A DNA stretch of 43,507 bases from a virus (taxonomy: Duplodnaviria; Caudoviricetes), in IMG/VR virus record IMGVR_UViG_3300037483_000513, positions 1 through 43,507 of that record; one strand, written 5' to 3'. The notes beneath the pieces are model-generated. The model did no database searches. It saw only the letters and a list, made by a program, of their open reading frames with translations, and was not told where the DNA came from. This document shows positions 25,524-34,389 of the stretch, piece by piece (within the stretch, counting starts at the first letter, position 1; the number at the start of each line of letters is the position of its first letter). The position numbers were made by a program, and so were the translations under genes.

Positions 25524-26206
25524 AGTGTGGCCACCCGTTCGATCCGCAGGTGCGAGGCACTGGATAGCTGGGTCGCGGTACCGCTGCTGGTCTCCTGCGC
25601 CCACTGCATTTTGAGGAGTCCCCCGGCAGTGACCTTAAGGGACAGGTGTTCCCAGATCCCGGAGTTGTTGGACCCGTCGAGGCCGTAGGGAACAGCGGTG
25701 GTGATCGCGTGAGTCGACATCCGGTTGACACCAACGGTCGTGGCCGCGGTGACCGGTGACGCCGCGGTCCCACCTTCGGTGCTGGTCGTCGCCCTGGTCG
25801 GCCCGTGGCACATGCGTCCGGCCTCGGACAGGGTGCCCCCGAAATCCCAGCGGACCTGGATGTCACCGGTCGTTGACCCAGACGCATGGAGCCAGGCATC
25901 GACGAAATACTCGCCGGGGACGAGAGTCACCTGCAGGTGGGTGTCGTCCACGAAAGTCGTTGAAGGGGCGGTTTGGTTCGCGGCCTTCTTCTTCCGCTGG
26001 AGCACTGGCTCCCAGGTGGTCCCGCCGAACACGTACTCGAGTCCGGTGTCGGCCAGGTAGGAGCGCATCCCCGCGACCGGGGTGGTCAGCGCTGCTGTCC
26101 GGGCCGCATCGCTGGCGAACCGCATCAGGGTCTGGCCCATCAGGAAGTCATCAAGCTCCGACGGCAGGAGCGCATCACCGTCGGCCCACTGGCGGTATCC
26201 AGGCAT
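25520..26206 (-). CDS. Minor tail protein
   Basis: WADGDALLPSELD...MRFASDAARTAALTTPVAGM tail-fibre-type N-terminus. Confidence 0.8.
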   Translation of the reverse strand: MPGYRQWADGDALLPSELDDFLMGQTLMRFASDAARTAALTTPVAGMRSYLADTGLEYVFGGTTWEPVLQRKKKAANQTAPSTTFVDDTHLQVTLVPGEYFVDAWLHASGSTTGDIQVRWDFGGTLSEAGRMCHGPTRATTSTEGGTAASPVTAATTVGVNRMSTHAITTAVPYGLDGSNNSGIWEHLSLKVTAGGLLKMQWAQETSSGTATQLSSASHLRIERVATL

Positions 26207-29136
26207 TAGAGCCCACCCCATCTTGTGCTGTCGCTGTAAACCGCGAAACTATTGGGGTTCCACGGGTCGAACGTGTGATGCAAGGTATCCGGTGCTCCGT
26301 CATGGTTGTACGTGGTGTGCCACGCCGCGTACGGCACGTTCAGGGGGTCGGTGAAGAACTCCCACATCTTCTCCCAGTAGAACGGGTTGTCCCCGCCGTG
26401 GTTGCCGTCTGCCGGGTGTGCGTTCCCGCCCTCGTCGAGGGCAAACTGAATTCCCTGGGCCACAGCGAAGTTCCGGACCGTCTGCAACCCCGGGGTCCGG
26501 TTGATCTCGGTCGTCCAGTTCCCGTCCGTGAACGTCGGCTGCCACTGGTCATACGCGTCGACCGCGATGATGTCGATGTACTCGGCACCAGGGAACGCGG
26601 CGAAGTCCGCACCGGCCTGTGAAGGGCCTTTGTTGAAACACAGGTCGAATTTCACGTTCGTGGCGCCGCCGGCGCGGACGTTCGTCACGAAGTTGATCAG
26701 GGCCAGCTTGAGGGCACCGGACCCGCCGTTCTGGATGGACCAGTTGTACCAGTTCCCGTTGCATTCCCAGTCGACCCGGATCGCGTGCAGAGCGTGATTC
26801 AAACCCTGCGACACCAGGGACGCACCCAAAGCCCGTTGCTGCGAGACGAAAGCATTGTTCGCGCCCTGGGTGTTCATGGATGACCCGACCGCGTTCGGGG
26901 CGTGCGGGATGGACGTCACCAGGATGTGCCCCGACTGCAGCCACTGCGCATGGTCGGAGGAGTGGGAATTCAGGTCCGCCCACGTCTGGCGCGGCGGGAA
27001 GAACATGAGCCCGTCCATCGGGCGGGCGCGGGAGTTCCCGAAGCTGTTCGCGCTGGCCACCGACCCGCCGCCGGTGAACACGATGCTGTTGTGCCCCAGT
27101 CCGCTGATCCCGACCAGGGGGATGACCGCACCCGGATTCCCGGGATCCGGGGGGCCGACAACAACCGTGTCCGTGGTGATCTCAGCGGTGACCCGCTCGA
27201 CCTCGACGGTACCGACCATCGCCGCGACGAACACGTGATAGGTCGTGGTGCCCAGAAGTTTATCGAACGTGAGATCGAGATCAGCTGGATCGAGGATCGT
27301 TTCGTAAGCACCGAACCCCGTGGAGTCAACCCCGTCGCGGCCGACCTTGAACCCGGTCAGGGTTGCTCCGGTCCACGTCCAATCGAGATCGACGGTGGAC
27401 GCGGTGACGTTGGAGGTGATGAGCTCCAGGCCCTCCGCTGCGACTGTGGACGTCGAAACCCAATCCGAGGGCGCGGACCGGATGTTCGGCTCGGCACCGA
27501 AAGCGTAAACCGTGAAACGGTAATCGACACCGGAGGTGAGACCGGTGATCGCGGCGACCGGCTCATACACAACCTTCGATTGCGGGGCGAACCCGGTGCT
27601 GTTCGGGCTGATCGCCCGGTTGTCGAACCCTGCGAGGATCCGCTGATACCAGACCACCCACCCGATCGGGACCGGCCCGTGATGCGCGTATTTGATGACG
27701 TCGTTCTGGACGATCTTCACGACCGGGGCAGGAGACACGGTGATATTGATGAATCCGAAAGCTGGTGCACTGATGGCGGTTACCGCAAAAACGGTGTCTT
27801 CTTTCTCCGTCACCCCATCATCCTCGTACACCCGTAACTCGTCCCCGACCGTGACATCCGGGACAGCCGACGAGGCCACCGTGAAATACGAGGCCAGCAG
27901 AGGGGTGCCCTGCGCCACCCCCAGCGTGTCATCTGACCATGCCAGGGTCGCCGTACCAGCATTCAGCGATATGCGCACGTGATCGGGCGCTGAGGGGTTC
28001 AACTGCGATTCGCGGGTCACGAGCTGGCCCGGCTCGCAGGTGAGGTCGATCATCCACCGGTCTTTCCCAATGCTGTGAGTCATCCCCACCACAGCACCCT
28101 CGTAGGTGGCCCCCCCGTGCCGGTACGACGCCAGGATCGGCAGCCTGGATGGCAGGGCCAGGTCATCCGAACGGGGCACCCTGGCGCTAGCCAGGTAGGC
28201 GCGCGGGCGAGCCACCAACGGCGTGTACGCCGGGACCGACGACATGTCCCACTCATTGGGTGCCACCGTCGAGATCTCCCGCGTAGCGGTGACCCGCTGC
28301 CCACCGGCCCGGTAGGAGCGGACGAAGCCCTCGTCCTCCTTGCGGGTCACCACTACCGCGGACGTCGACTGCCGGTCGACAGCGATCTGGTACCCGGACA
28401 CGACGTGCTCGTCCTCCAGGGCCCACCGGGGCGCACCCTGATACGAACGGAACGTGACCGCTGTCCCGGACGACTGATCGAGCAGCAGCCCGGCCCGGAT
28501 CGCGAGATCAGCCAGCAGCTCCCCCTGCGTCCCGGTGACGTCGGACTCGACGCCGACGCGTTCCTCGAGCTGGATGTCGGCGCGGTCGTCCTCGACCAGG
28601 ACCGCGCGCCCGGTGACGTCTGCGGCCCGGTCGCGGACCTTCCCTGCGTCCCACTGGATGACAGGCCCACCACCACCGCCCAGAGACCACAAGGTGGTGA
28701 CGGTGCCGATCGCGGGCTGCCCATTCTTGATGCCCTCATAGCCGCGGGCTTGGAGAACGACGGTGAACTCCTCTTTCCCGTCCTCATCCAGCTCACTGGT
28801 CAGAGTGGACTCCGCGACGTAGCCCTCGAAAACAGTTGCTGAGTCGTAGATCAGATGCAGTTCATCACCGTCGGTGACCGCGAAAACGTCCCGGTCACGG
28901 GTCGCCAGAGACAGTGTCGAGACCTCGGGCTCGACCCAGGCCCCGTCCACGACCCGGCACGCCAAACGCACCGCAATACTCGTGTAACCGCCGAGGACAT
29001 CCACCCACACGCCTAGGCTGCTGCGGAGTTTCGTGATCCCCAGCCGGGACTGACCGACGATGAAGCCCCGCCGATCCGCCTCCAGCTCCAGCAGGGCCGG
29101 GTCAAAGTTCTTCCCGAACTCACGGTGCGTTGGCAT
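26206..29136 (-). CDS. Tail-tip/baseplate protein with FN3 repeats and C-terminal GH26 glycoside hydrolase
   Basis: Follows the tape measure; FN3-like ITGLTSGVDYRFTVYA; GH26 motifs IRVDWECNGNWYNW, FPGAEYIDIIAVDAYD, FALDEGG, DNPFY. Confidence 0.82.
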   Translation of the reverse strand: MPTHREFGKNFDPALLELEADRRGFIVGQSRLGITKLRSSLGVWVDVLGGYTSIAVRLACRVVDGAWVEPEVSTLSLATRDRDVFAVTDGDELHLIYDSATVFEGYVAESTLTSELDEDGKEEFTVVLQARGYEGIKNGQPAIGTVTTLWSLGGGGGPVIQWDAGKVRDRAADVTGRAVLVEDDRADIQLEERVGVESDVTGTQGELLADLAIRAGLLLDQSSGTAVTFRSYQGAPRWALEDEHVVSGYQIAVDRQSTSAVVVTRKEDEGFVRSYRAGGQRVTATREISTVAPNEWDMSSVPAYTPLVARPRAYLASARVPRSDDLALPSRLPILASYRHGGATYEGAVVGMTHSIGKDRWMIDLTCEPGQLVTRESQLNPSAPDHVRISLNAGTATLAWSDDTLGVAQGTPLLASYFTVASSAVPDVTVGDELRVYEDDGVTEKEDTVFAVTAISAPAFGFINITVSPAPVVKIVQNDVIKYAHHGPVPIGWVVWYQRILAGFDNRAISPNSTGFAPQSKVVYEPVAAITGLTSGVDYRFTVYAFGAEPNIRSAPSDWVSTSTVAAEGLELITSNVTASTVDLDWTWTGATLTGFKVGRDGVDSTGFGAYETILDPADLDLTFDKLLGTTTYHVFVAAMVGTVEVERVTAEITTDTVVVGPPDPGNPGAVIPLVGISGLGHNSIVFTGGGSVASANSFGNSRARPMDGLMFFPPRQTWADLNSHSSDHAQWLQSGHILVTSIPHAPNAVGSSMNTQGANNAFVSQQRALGASLVSQGLNHALHAIRVDWECNGNWYNWSIQNGGSGALKLALINFVTNVRAGGATNVKFDLCFNKGPSQAGADFAAFPGAEYIDIIAVDAYDQWQPTFTDGNWTTEINRTPGLQTVRNFAVAQGIQFALDEGGNAHPADGNHGGDNPFYWEKMWEFFTDPLNVPYAAWHTTYNHDGAPDTLHHTFDPWNPNSFAVYSDSTRWGGL

Positions 29137-31235
29137 CAGGCGGCACGTCCCTGCGTCTTGTAATACTTCGACAGGACCTTGTCGACCTGGCGGCCGGCCT
29201 CGACCGGGTCACCCACCACCCCGGTGAAGATCACCTGCACGCTGCCGGCGTACAGGCGGGGAGTGCCCGTCAGAGGGCGCGGCGAGGGCATCGAGTTGAA
29301 CCGGGTAGCCACTGCACTAGCGACCGCCGCGGATGCGAGTCCTGCGCTGCTTTCCCGGGATCGGATACCCCCGATCAGCAGATCCATCAACTGCTTACCG
29401 GCGCCGCCCCGGTTCCACGACTTCAGCGGTCCGCGTTTGATCGGTGAACCGGGGAAGACACCCTTGATGACCCCCGCGACCTTGTCTGCGGCACCCCTCA
29501 GCGGCCCAATCATCTTGTTGATCCCGTTGATGAGGCCCTGGATCAGAGCCCGCCCGGCCGCCGCCAGGTCTATCGACGTGATCGCATCCCTGGCGCGGCC
29601 GATGGCTGATTTGACGTCGGCAACGAGGTTTGCCATTTTCTCCTTCGCGGCGGCTTTCGCGTCGTTGAATTTATTCCTGACCCCGGTGACGAGCGCGGCG
29701 AGCTGGGCGATGACCGCGTTTTTCGCTGAGGACGCAGCGGATTTCACGAGCGCCCACAGCCCGTTCCAGATCCCCACGATGACGGCTTTCCCGGCGCTGA
29801 ATGCTGCTTTAATTCCGTTGAACGCCCCGGTGACGAGGCCCTTGATGATGGTCCAGGCGCCTCTGACGATCTGCTTGATGCCCGCCCATGTGGTTGACCA
29901 GTCACCGGTGAGGATTCCGGTGAAGACTTTGACGATCCCGATGATGATGTCGAGGGCACCCTTGATGACCGTGACAATGGTGCGGATCGAATTCACGACG
30001 ATCGGGGTGAGGACCTGCACGAAGAATGTGACAACGGGGGTGACCGCGATGATGAAATCCAGGAATGCCGGGACCAGGTCATTGACGATCTTGTCTCTGA
30101 TCTGCTGCAAGGTCGGCAGGACCGCTGCTTTGATCTGGTTGAAAGCCCCGACCAGGGCGTCCTTCAGCGGTCCAGCGACGTTCATGAACCGTTCCATGAA
30201 CGTCGCCCCGGTGGGGTTCGTGAACGCGGCCTTGACGTTCGTGACCGCTTCTTTGATCTGATCGAAATGGCGGATCACCAACCCCACCGCTGCGACGATC
30301 GCGACGACCGGGCCACCGAACACAATCGAGAAGACCGCGAAAGCATCCGATAGGAGGTTGATTTGAGTCTGGTATTTCTTGTAGAAATCGATGACCTTGC
30401 TGATCGCGGCACCGACCGTGATGACCGCATCCTTGATCGACGTGAACGCGTCCTTGAGGTCGTCGAACCCGTCCTGCACCGACTGTGCGGTGATGCCCTC
30501 GATCTTCTCCGTGACCTTGTCCAGAACCTTCGTCAGCCCGGACGATCCTGCGGCCAGGGATACCCCGGCGATCCGGCCGATCATCTCCCCCAACGCCGTC
30601 CCCAGCTTCAGGACGTGCGGGGAAACCTTCTCGAAAGCCGTTGCAGTGGCGGTAGTGATGTTCCGCAGCGCGCTGAGGCCCGGTGTCGACTTCGCCCAAT
30701 TCAGGAACCCCTTCACCACCCCATTCGACGCGACAGCGATCCGGTTCATCTGCGCCGAAATAATCGGCATACCCAGCCGGTTGAACTCCGCCGCCAAGGG
30801 TTTCACGCCCTTGGCCGCGAGCTTGCCCGCCTCGACACCGGCAGCCTTGAAACCCTCCGTGATCGGTGACAGCGACGCAACCACGGCCGGACCGATCGCG
30901 ACCATCGTCAACTTGATGAACACCGCCGCAGCAGCAAATGCCGCTAAGGCAGGCGCAGCGTTCCCGAAGGCCTTCCCGACTTTTAGTATCGCGGCCCCCG
31001 CCTGAGTAAACACCGGGGCTAGGGCGGCGGCCGTGCTGGCGACCTGAGCGAGCGCCCCGACACCCTTCAGCAGGCCGGCCGCAAGCCCAGCGATCCGACC
31101 GCGGACCGCCGAAGCAACCCGCCCGACGCCTTCCAGGGCGCGGCCCATCGTGCGGCTTTCCCGGGCGGTCTGGCGAAGCTCCCGGATCGCCTGAATGGCA
31201 TTCGCGAGTATCGCGATGCGGACCGGTCCTGCCAT
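29136..31235 (-). CDS. Tape measure protein
   Basis: Ala/Gly/Ile-rich amphipathic helices; TGDWSTTWAGIKQI; follows the chaperone genes. Confidence 0.92.
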   Translation of the reverse strand: MAGPVRIAILANAIQAIRELRQTARESRTMGRALEGVGRVASAVRGRIAGLAAGLLKGVGALAQVASTAAALAPVFTQAGAAILKVGKAFGNAAPALAAFAAAAVFIKLTMVAIGPAVVASLSPITEGFKAAGVEAGKLAAKGVKPLAAEFNRLGMPIISAQMNRIAVASNGVVKGFLNWAKSTPGLSALRNITTATATAFEKVSPHVLKLGTALGEMIGRIAGVSLAAGSSGLTKVLDKVTEKIEGITAQSVQDGFDDLKDAFTSIKDAVITVGAAISKVIDFYKKYQTQINLLSDAFAVFSIVFGGPVVAIVAAVGLVIRHFDQIKEAVTNVKAAFTNPTGATFMERFMNVAGPLKDALVGAFNQIKAAVLPTLQQIRDKIVNDLVPAFLDFIIAVTPVVTFFVQVLTPIVVNSIRTIVTVIKGALDIIIGIVKVFTGILTGDWSTTWAGIKQIVRGAWTIIKGLVTGAFNGIKAAFSAGKAVIVGIWNGLWALVKSAASSAKNAVIAQLAALVTGVRNKFNDAKAAAKEKMANLVADVKSAIGRARDAITSIDLAAAGRALIQGLINGINKMIGPLRGAADKVAGVIKGVFPGSPIKRGPLKSWNRGGAGKQLMDLLIGGIRSRESSAGLASAAVASAVATRFNSMPSPRPLTGTPRLYAGSVQVIFTGVVGDPVEAGRQVDKVLSKYYKTQGRAA

Positions 31236-31236
31236 G

Positions 31237-31736
31237 TCAGATGCCCCTTTCCATTTTCTGCCGGATCACGGCGGTGAACTCCTGGAACTCGGCCATGCTC
31301 AGCGCGTCGTACTCGGCCTCGGTGGGTAGCCAGCCCAGCCAGGCCCCGAACATCGCCCGGTTGCGGGCTCTCAGCCGTCGGGCGTGTCGTCTTTTCCCGA
31401 ATCGGTCTCCGGGTTATCGGGGTCCAACTCGATCGGTTCCGGAGCGAAGTAGTCCTGAGCCGTCTTCACGGTCATTTTGTCGATGTCGGGCCACGCGAAC
31501 TTGTGGCCTGGTATCCGTCGTTCCATCGCCCAAATCGTCCCGGCCATCGTCGAGAACGGGCTCATGTCATCGAAATTCGCGCCGTAATGCTTTTCGATGG
31601 TTCCGATCTCACCGAACGTCAGCATTTCGGCGGCCTCGGACATCGGGATCTTGCCCGCGGCTAGCGCCGCGTCACGTTTCTCCAGGTACTCGGCGCGCTC
31701 TTTCTCGGACATCTCACCCGCGTCAGGTGTCTTCAT
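31237..31736 (-). CDS. Tail assembly chaperone G (31371-31736) and frameshifted GT (to 31237)
   Basis: Slippery GGGAAAA at 31398-31392; the -1 frame stays open to TGA at 31237 (AWLGWLPTEAEYDALS). Confidence 0.85.
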
Positions 31737-32116
31737 CCCAGGCCTCTTCTCCGGATCGCCGCTTGCGCGTCCCGCTCGATCAGTTGCAGCGCGTACGGCA
31801 ACAGCGCGGCGTCCGCGCGTTGCATGAACTCGGCGGCTTTAATGTTCCGTTTCGGCCACCCCCAGTTGATGACCCCTGCGTACTCGGTCGCGGACTTCAG
31901 GGTGACCCGGACAACAGCCTTGTTCTTCTTCGTCGTCGTGCCCTGGATTGCCCTAGCCAGGCGACCGGTCCTGACCGGCGCGAACTCGCTGGCCAGCCGG
32001 GCGCCCTGGCGGGCGATCGTGTTGAACGCGTCATCGAGGTCACCGAACTTCACACCGAGCGCGCGCATCGCGCGCGCCAGTTCGTTGATTCCGGTGACCT
32101 TCACGACCCCAGCCAT
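31733..32116 (-). CDS. HK97 gp10-like tail completion protein
   Basis: VKVTGINELARAMRAL...APVRTGRLARAI...YAGVINWG. Confidence 0.8.
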   Translation of the reverse strand: MAGVVKVTGINELARAMRALGVKFGDLDDAFNTIARQGARLASEFAPVRTGRLARAIQGTTTKKNKAVVRVTLKSATEYAGVINWGWPKRNIKAAEFMQRADAALLPYALQLIERDAQAAIRRRGLG

Positions 32117-32535
32117 CAGGCGGTCACGCGGGTCGGTTTCGTGGTGAGGGGCCAGAGGACCTCCACCTGCTGGCGCGCCGACGGGCTGATGTCGGCGGTG
32201 CCACCGATGAACGTCCCATCCGGTTCGCGGATGTTCGCGGTCATCGTGAAATGCGGCTGCGACGCCGACGCCGATGCGTTCCCGTAGGGGCGTAGCAGCA
32301 CGGCGACATCGTCACCGGCGTCATCGAAAATCATCGTCCACAAAGTGCTGGTGGCCATGTCCTGGGTCAGGACGATCTTCAGGTTGTACTGCCGACCACC
32401 ACCCGAGGCGGCCTCAGCGTAGGTGACGTCGTCGCTGTCAGCGGCGTCCGCTTCGACGGTGGCATCGAAGACCTGCGCGGCGTACTCCGTTCCACCGATC
32501 GTCAGGGTCAGGTTACGTGTTCCAAGGGCTGCCAT
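32116..32535 (-). CDS. Major tail protein
   Basis: Position; beta-rich 139 aa; LTLTIGGTEYAAQV. Confidence 0.75.
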   Translation of the reverse strand: MAALGTRNLTLTIGGTEYAAQVFDATVEADAADSDDVTYAEAASGGGRQYNLKIVLTQDMATSTLWTMIFDDAGDDVAVLLRPYGNASASASQPHFTMTANIREPDGTFIGGTADISPSARQQVEVLWPLTTKPTRVTA

Positions 32536-32900
32536 TAGCTGGACTCCACTTCTGTCATGAGCGTTGCGGTAAGGACGTAGAAATCGGCCCCACCGATGGT
32601 GATGGTGTCCAAGGTCGCGACGATGCCCCAGCATTCGGTCGCCATACACGCGTCATGGAACGCCACAATCAGGAGGTCGCCCTGGGTTTGCGCGTGCTTC
32701 AGGTCAGTCCCGAGCGCGAGGACCGCATTGAACGTGGCCCGCAACGCCTGGAACGGCATGCCCTCGGAGCTGATCTCGGTCAAAACCAGCCACCCGGACC
32801 CCGATTTCAGCCCAGAAGGCAAGAACGGAAACCACTTCGTGGTCGGCAGTTGCAGTTGCAGCACATCAATAATCGCTGTGCGCTTGTCAGTGAGGTTCAT
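32535..32900 (-). CDS. Tail terminator / head-tail joining protein
   Basis: Between adaptor and major tail; ATGA coupling. Confidence 0.6.
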   Translation of the reverse strand: MNLTDKRTAIIDVLQLQLPTTKWFPFLPSGLKSGSGWLVLTEISSEGMPFQALRATFNAVLALGTDLKHAQTQGDLLIVAFHDACMATECWGIVATLDTITIGGADFYVLTATLMTEVESS

Positions 32901-34387
32901 CCGACACTTACCCGCCGGTAGTTTCCCTCTAGCCTGCGGACTTCGGGATCGCGGCCCCCGATTCTGGTCGCATCGACCTCGGACACCGACACCCCCAACG
33001 GGACCTTCCTCATCGCCAGATTGCGGGCCACCCGACGCTTCAGGGCCTCCAGGAGGTCCAGCGAATACGGGTCGATCCGGCACGCACGCGCCTGCGACGA
33101 CTGCTCGGCGGCCAGGGTGGTCGTCAGTTCATCGTCATCCCACTGCGCCGCCCCGTCGCCGAGGTAAGTCCGCAGCTGGGTCAGAGTGACCATCGCAGCG
33201 GCCGCCGGGGCGACGTCGAAGGTGTCCTCGACGGCATCTGACACCGCACCTGTGGCGACGAACGTGGCGACGAAACGACCGAAAACGGTGGGATAGTAGT
33301 CGTGTCGCCAGTCACCGACCTCCGGATTGGTGGCGACCAGGGCCTCGGTCGTGCCGTCCGGGAGCCGCATGGTCAGTGAATAGCTGGTTGGGTCAGCTGG
33401 TTCGCCGTCCGCATCGAACATCAAAAACCGAAGCGGCACAGCCTGACCCACGAAAAACGCGTCCATCGTTCTGCTCCCTCCTCTAATCCGTCGAACGGTG
33501 ATCACCGTGATAAGCGGTGTCGTATCCGGTGCGTCGGTAGTCAACGTCGCGGACCCTGCGAACTCGGCGACAGCGCCGACGACCCCGGGGATCCCGATGA
33601 TGGTGAGCGACCCTGTGCCAGGCAGGCCGGCGGGCGCGGTGATGTCCGGTGTCCCGGTGGCGGTCAGTGACCCGGACCCTGCGAGCCCTGGCGAGACAAC
33701 CGGTTCCGGGGCCCCGCCGGCCGTGAGTGTCCCGGACCCGGTCACGGTGGCGGTACCGGAGAACGCCCCACCGGTAACCGGGGTGTCCATTGCCGTCTCT
33801 ATCGCGGCCTGGTCCAGGGCCTCGTCATAAATCCGCAGGTCGTCGCAGGTGAAGGGCTCACCATCCGCCGACCCGAGAATCAGGGTGTCCGCGTCCGTGC
33901 GCAACGGCCCGGTCAGCGCGGTCGTGTCGACGGATACCCCGTCCACGAAAAGTTCGATGGTGCTGGTCGACTCGGTGTACGTGCCGGCGATGTGGTGCCA
34001 TGCCTCATCCGTGGGTGCCGTACCCGTGGCTCGGGCGAATTCGGTGCTTGAGCGGGCCTGGATGTGGATGTTCCCACTGAGCAGCAGGATTCCCCATGCA
34101 CCACTGTCGATGCTGCTCACGTACCAGATGATCGGCCAGCGGACCCCCGGGGTGGAGTCCAGTTTCAGCCACATCATCACGGTGCGGTCGGTGGATTCCC
34201 CGATGGCCGGAGCGACGATGGTCGGGCCGGCACCGCCTGCCCCGGAGAACGCCAGGCCACCGTCGGTGTGCCCGGCCCCGGTGCGGGAAGCGTCGCCATC
34301 GGTGGGAGTGAAGTCGTGGCCGTTGCCGGTGACGTCGAGCGCGTCCCCGGCCGCCTCATCGAAATTCCATGCCGCGATCAGGGCCAT
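32897..34387 (-). CDS. LamG/ConA-like lectin plus Gly repeats fused to Ig-like domain and head-tail adaptor
   Basis: LIAAWNFDE...WHHIAGTY...LFVDG...DDLRIYDEAL; C-terminal VTLTQLRTYLG...EALKRRVARNLAMR; internal RBS-ATG at 33466. Confidence 0.75.
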   Translation of the reverse strand: MALIAAWNFDEAAGDALDVTGNGHDFTPTDGDASRTGAGHTDGGLAFSGAGGAGPTIVAPAIGESTDRTVMMWLKLDSTPGVRWPIIWYVSSIDSGAWGILLLSGNIHIQARSSTEFARATGTAPTDEAWHHIAGTYTESTSTIELFVDGVSVDTTALTGPLRTDADTLILGSADGEPFTCDDLRIYDEALDQAAIETAMDTPVTGGAFSGTATVTGSGTLTAGGAPEPVVSPGLAGSGSLTATGTPDITAPAGLPGTGSLTIIGIPGVVGAVAEFAGSATLTTDAPDTTPLITVITVRRIRGGSRTMDAFFVGQAVPLRFLMFDADGEPADPTSYSLTMRLPDGTTEALVATNPEVGDWRHDYYPTVFGRFVATFVATGAVSDAVEDTFDVAPAAAAMVTLTQLRTYLGDGAAQWDDDELTTTLAAEQSSQARACRIDPYSLDLLEALKRRVARNLAMRKVPLGVSVSEVDATRIGGRDPEVRRLEGNYRRVSVG

Positions 34388-34389
34388 GG

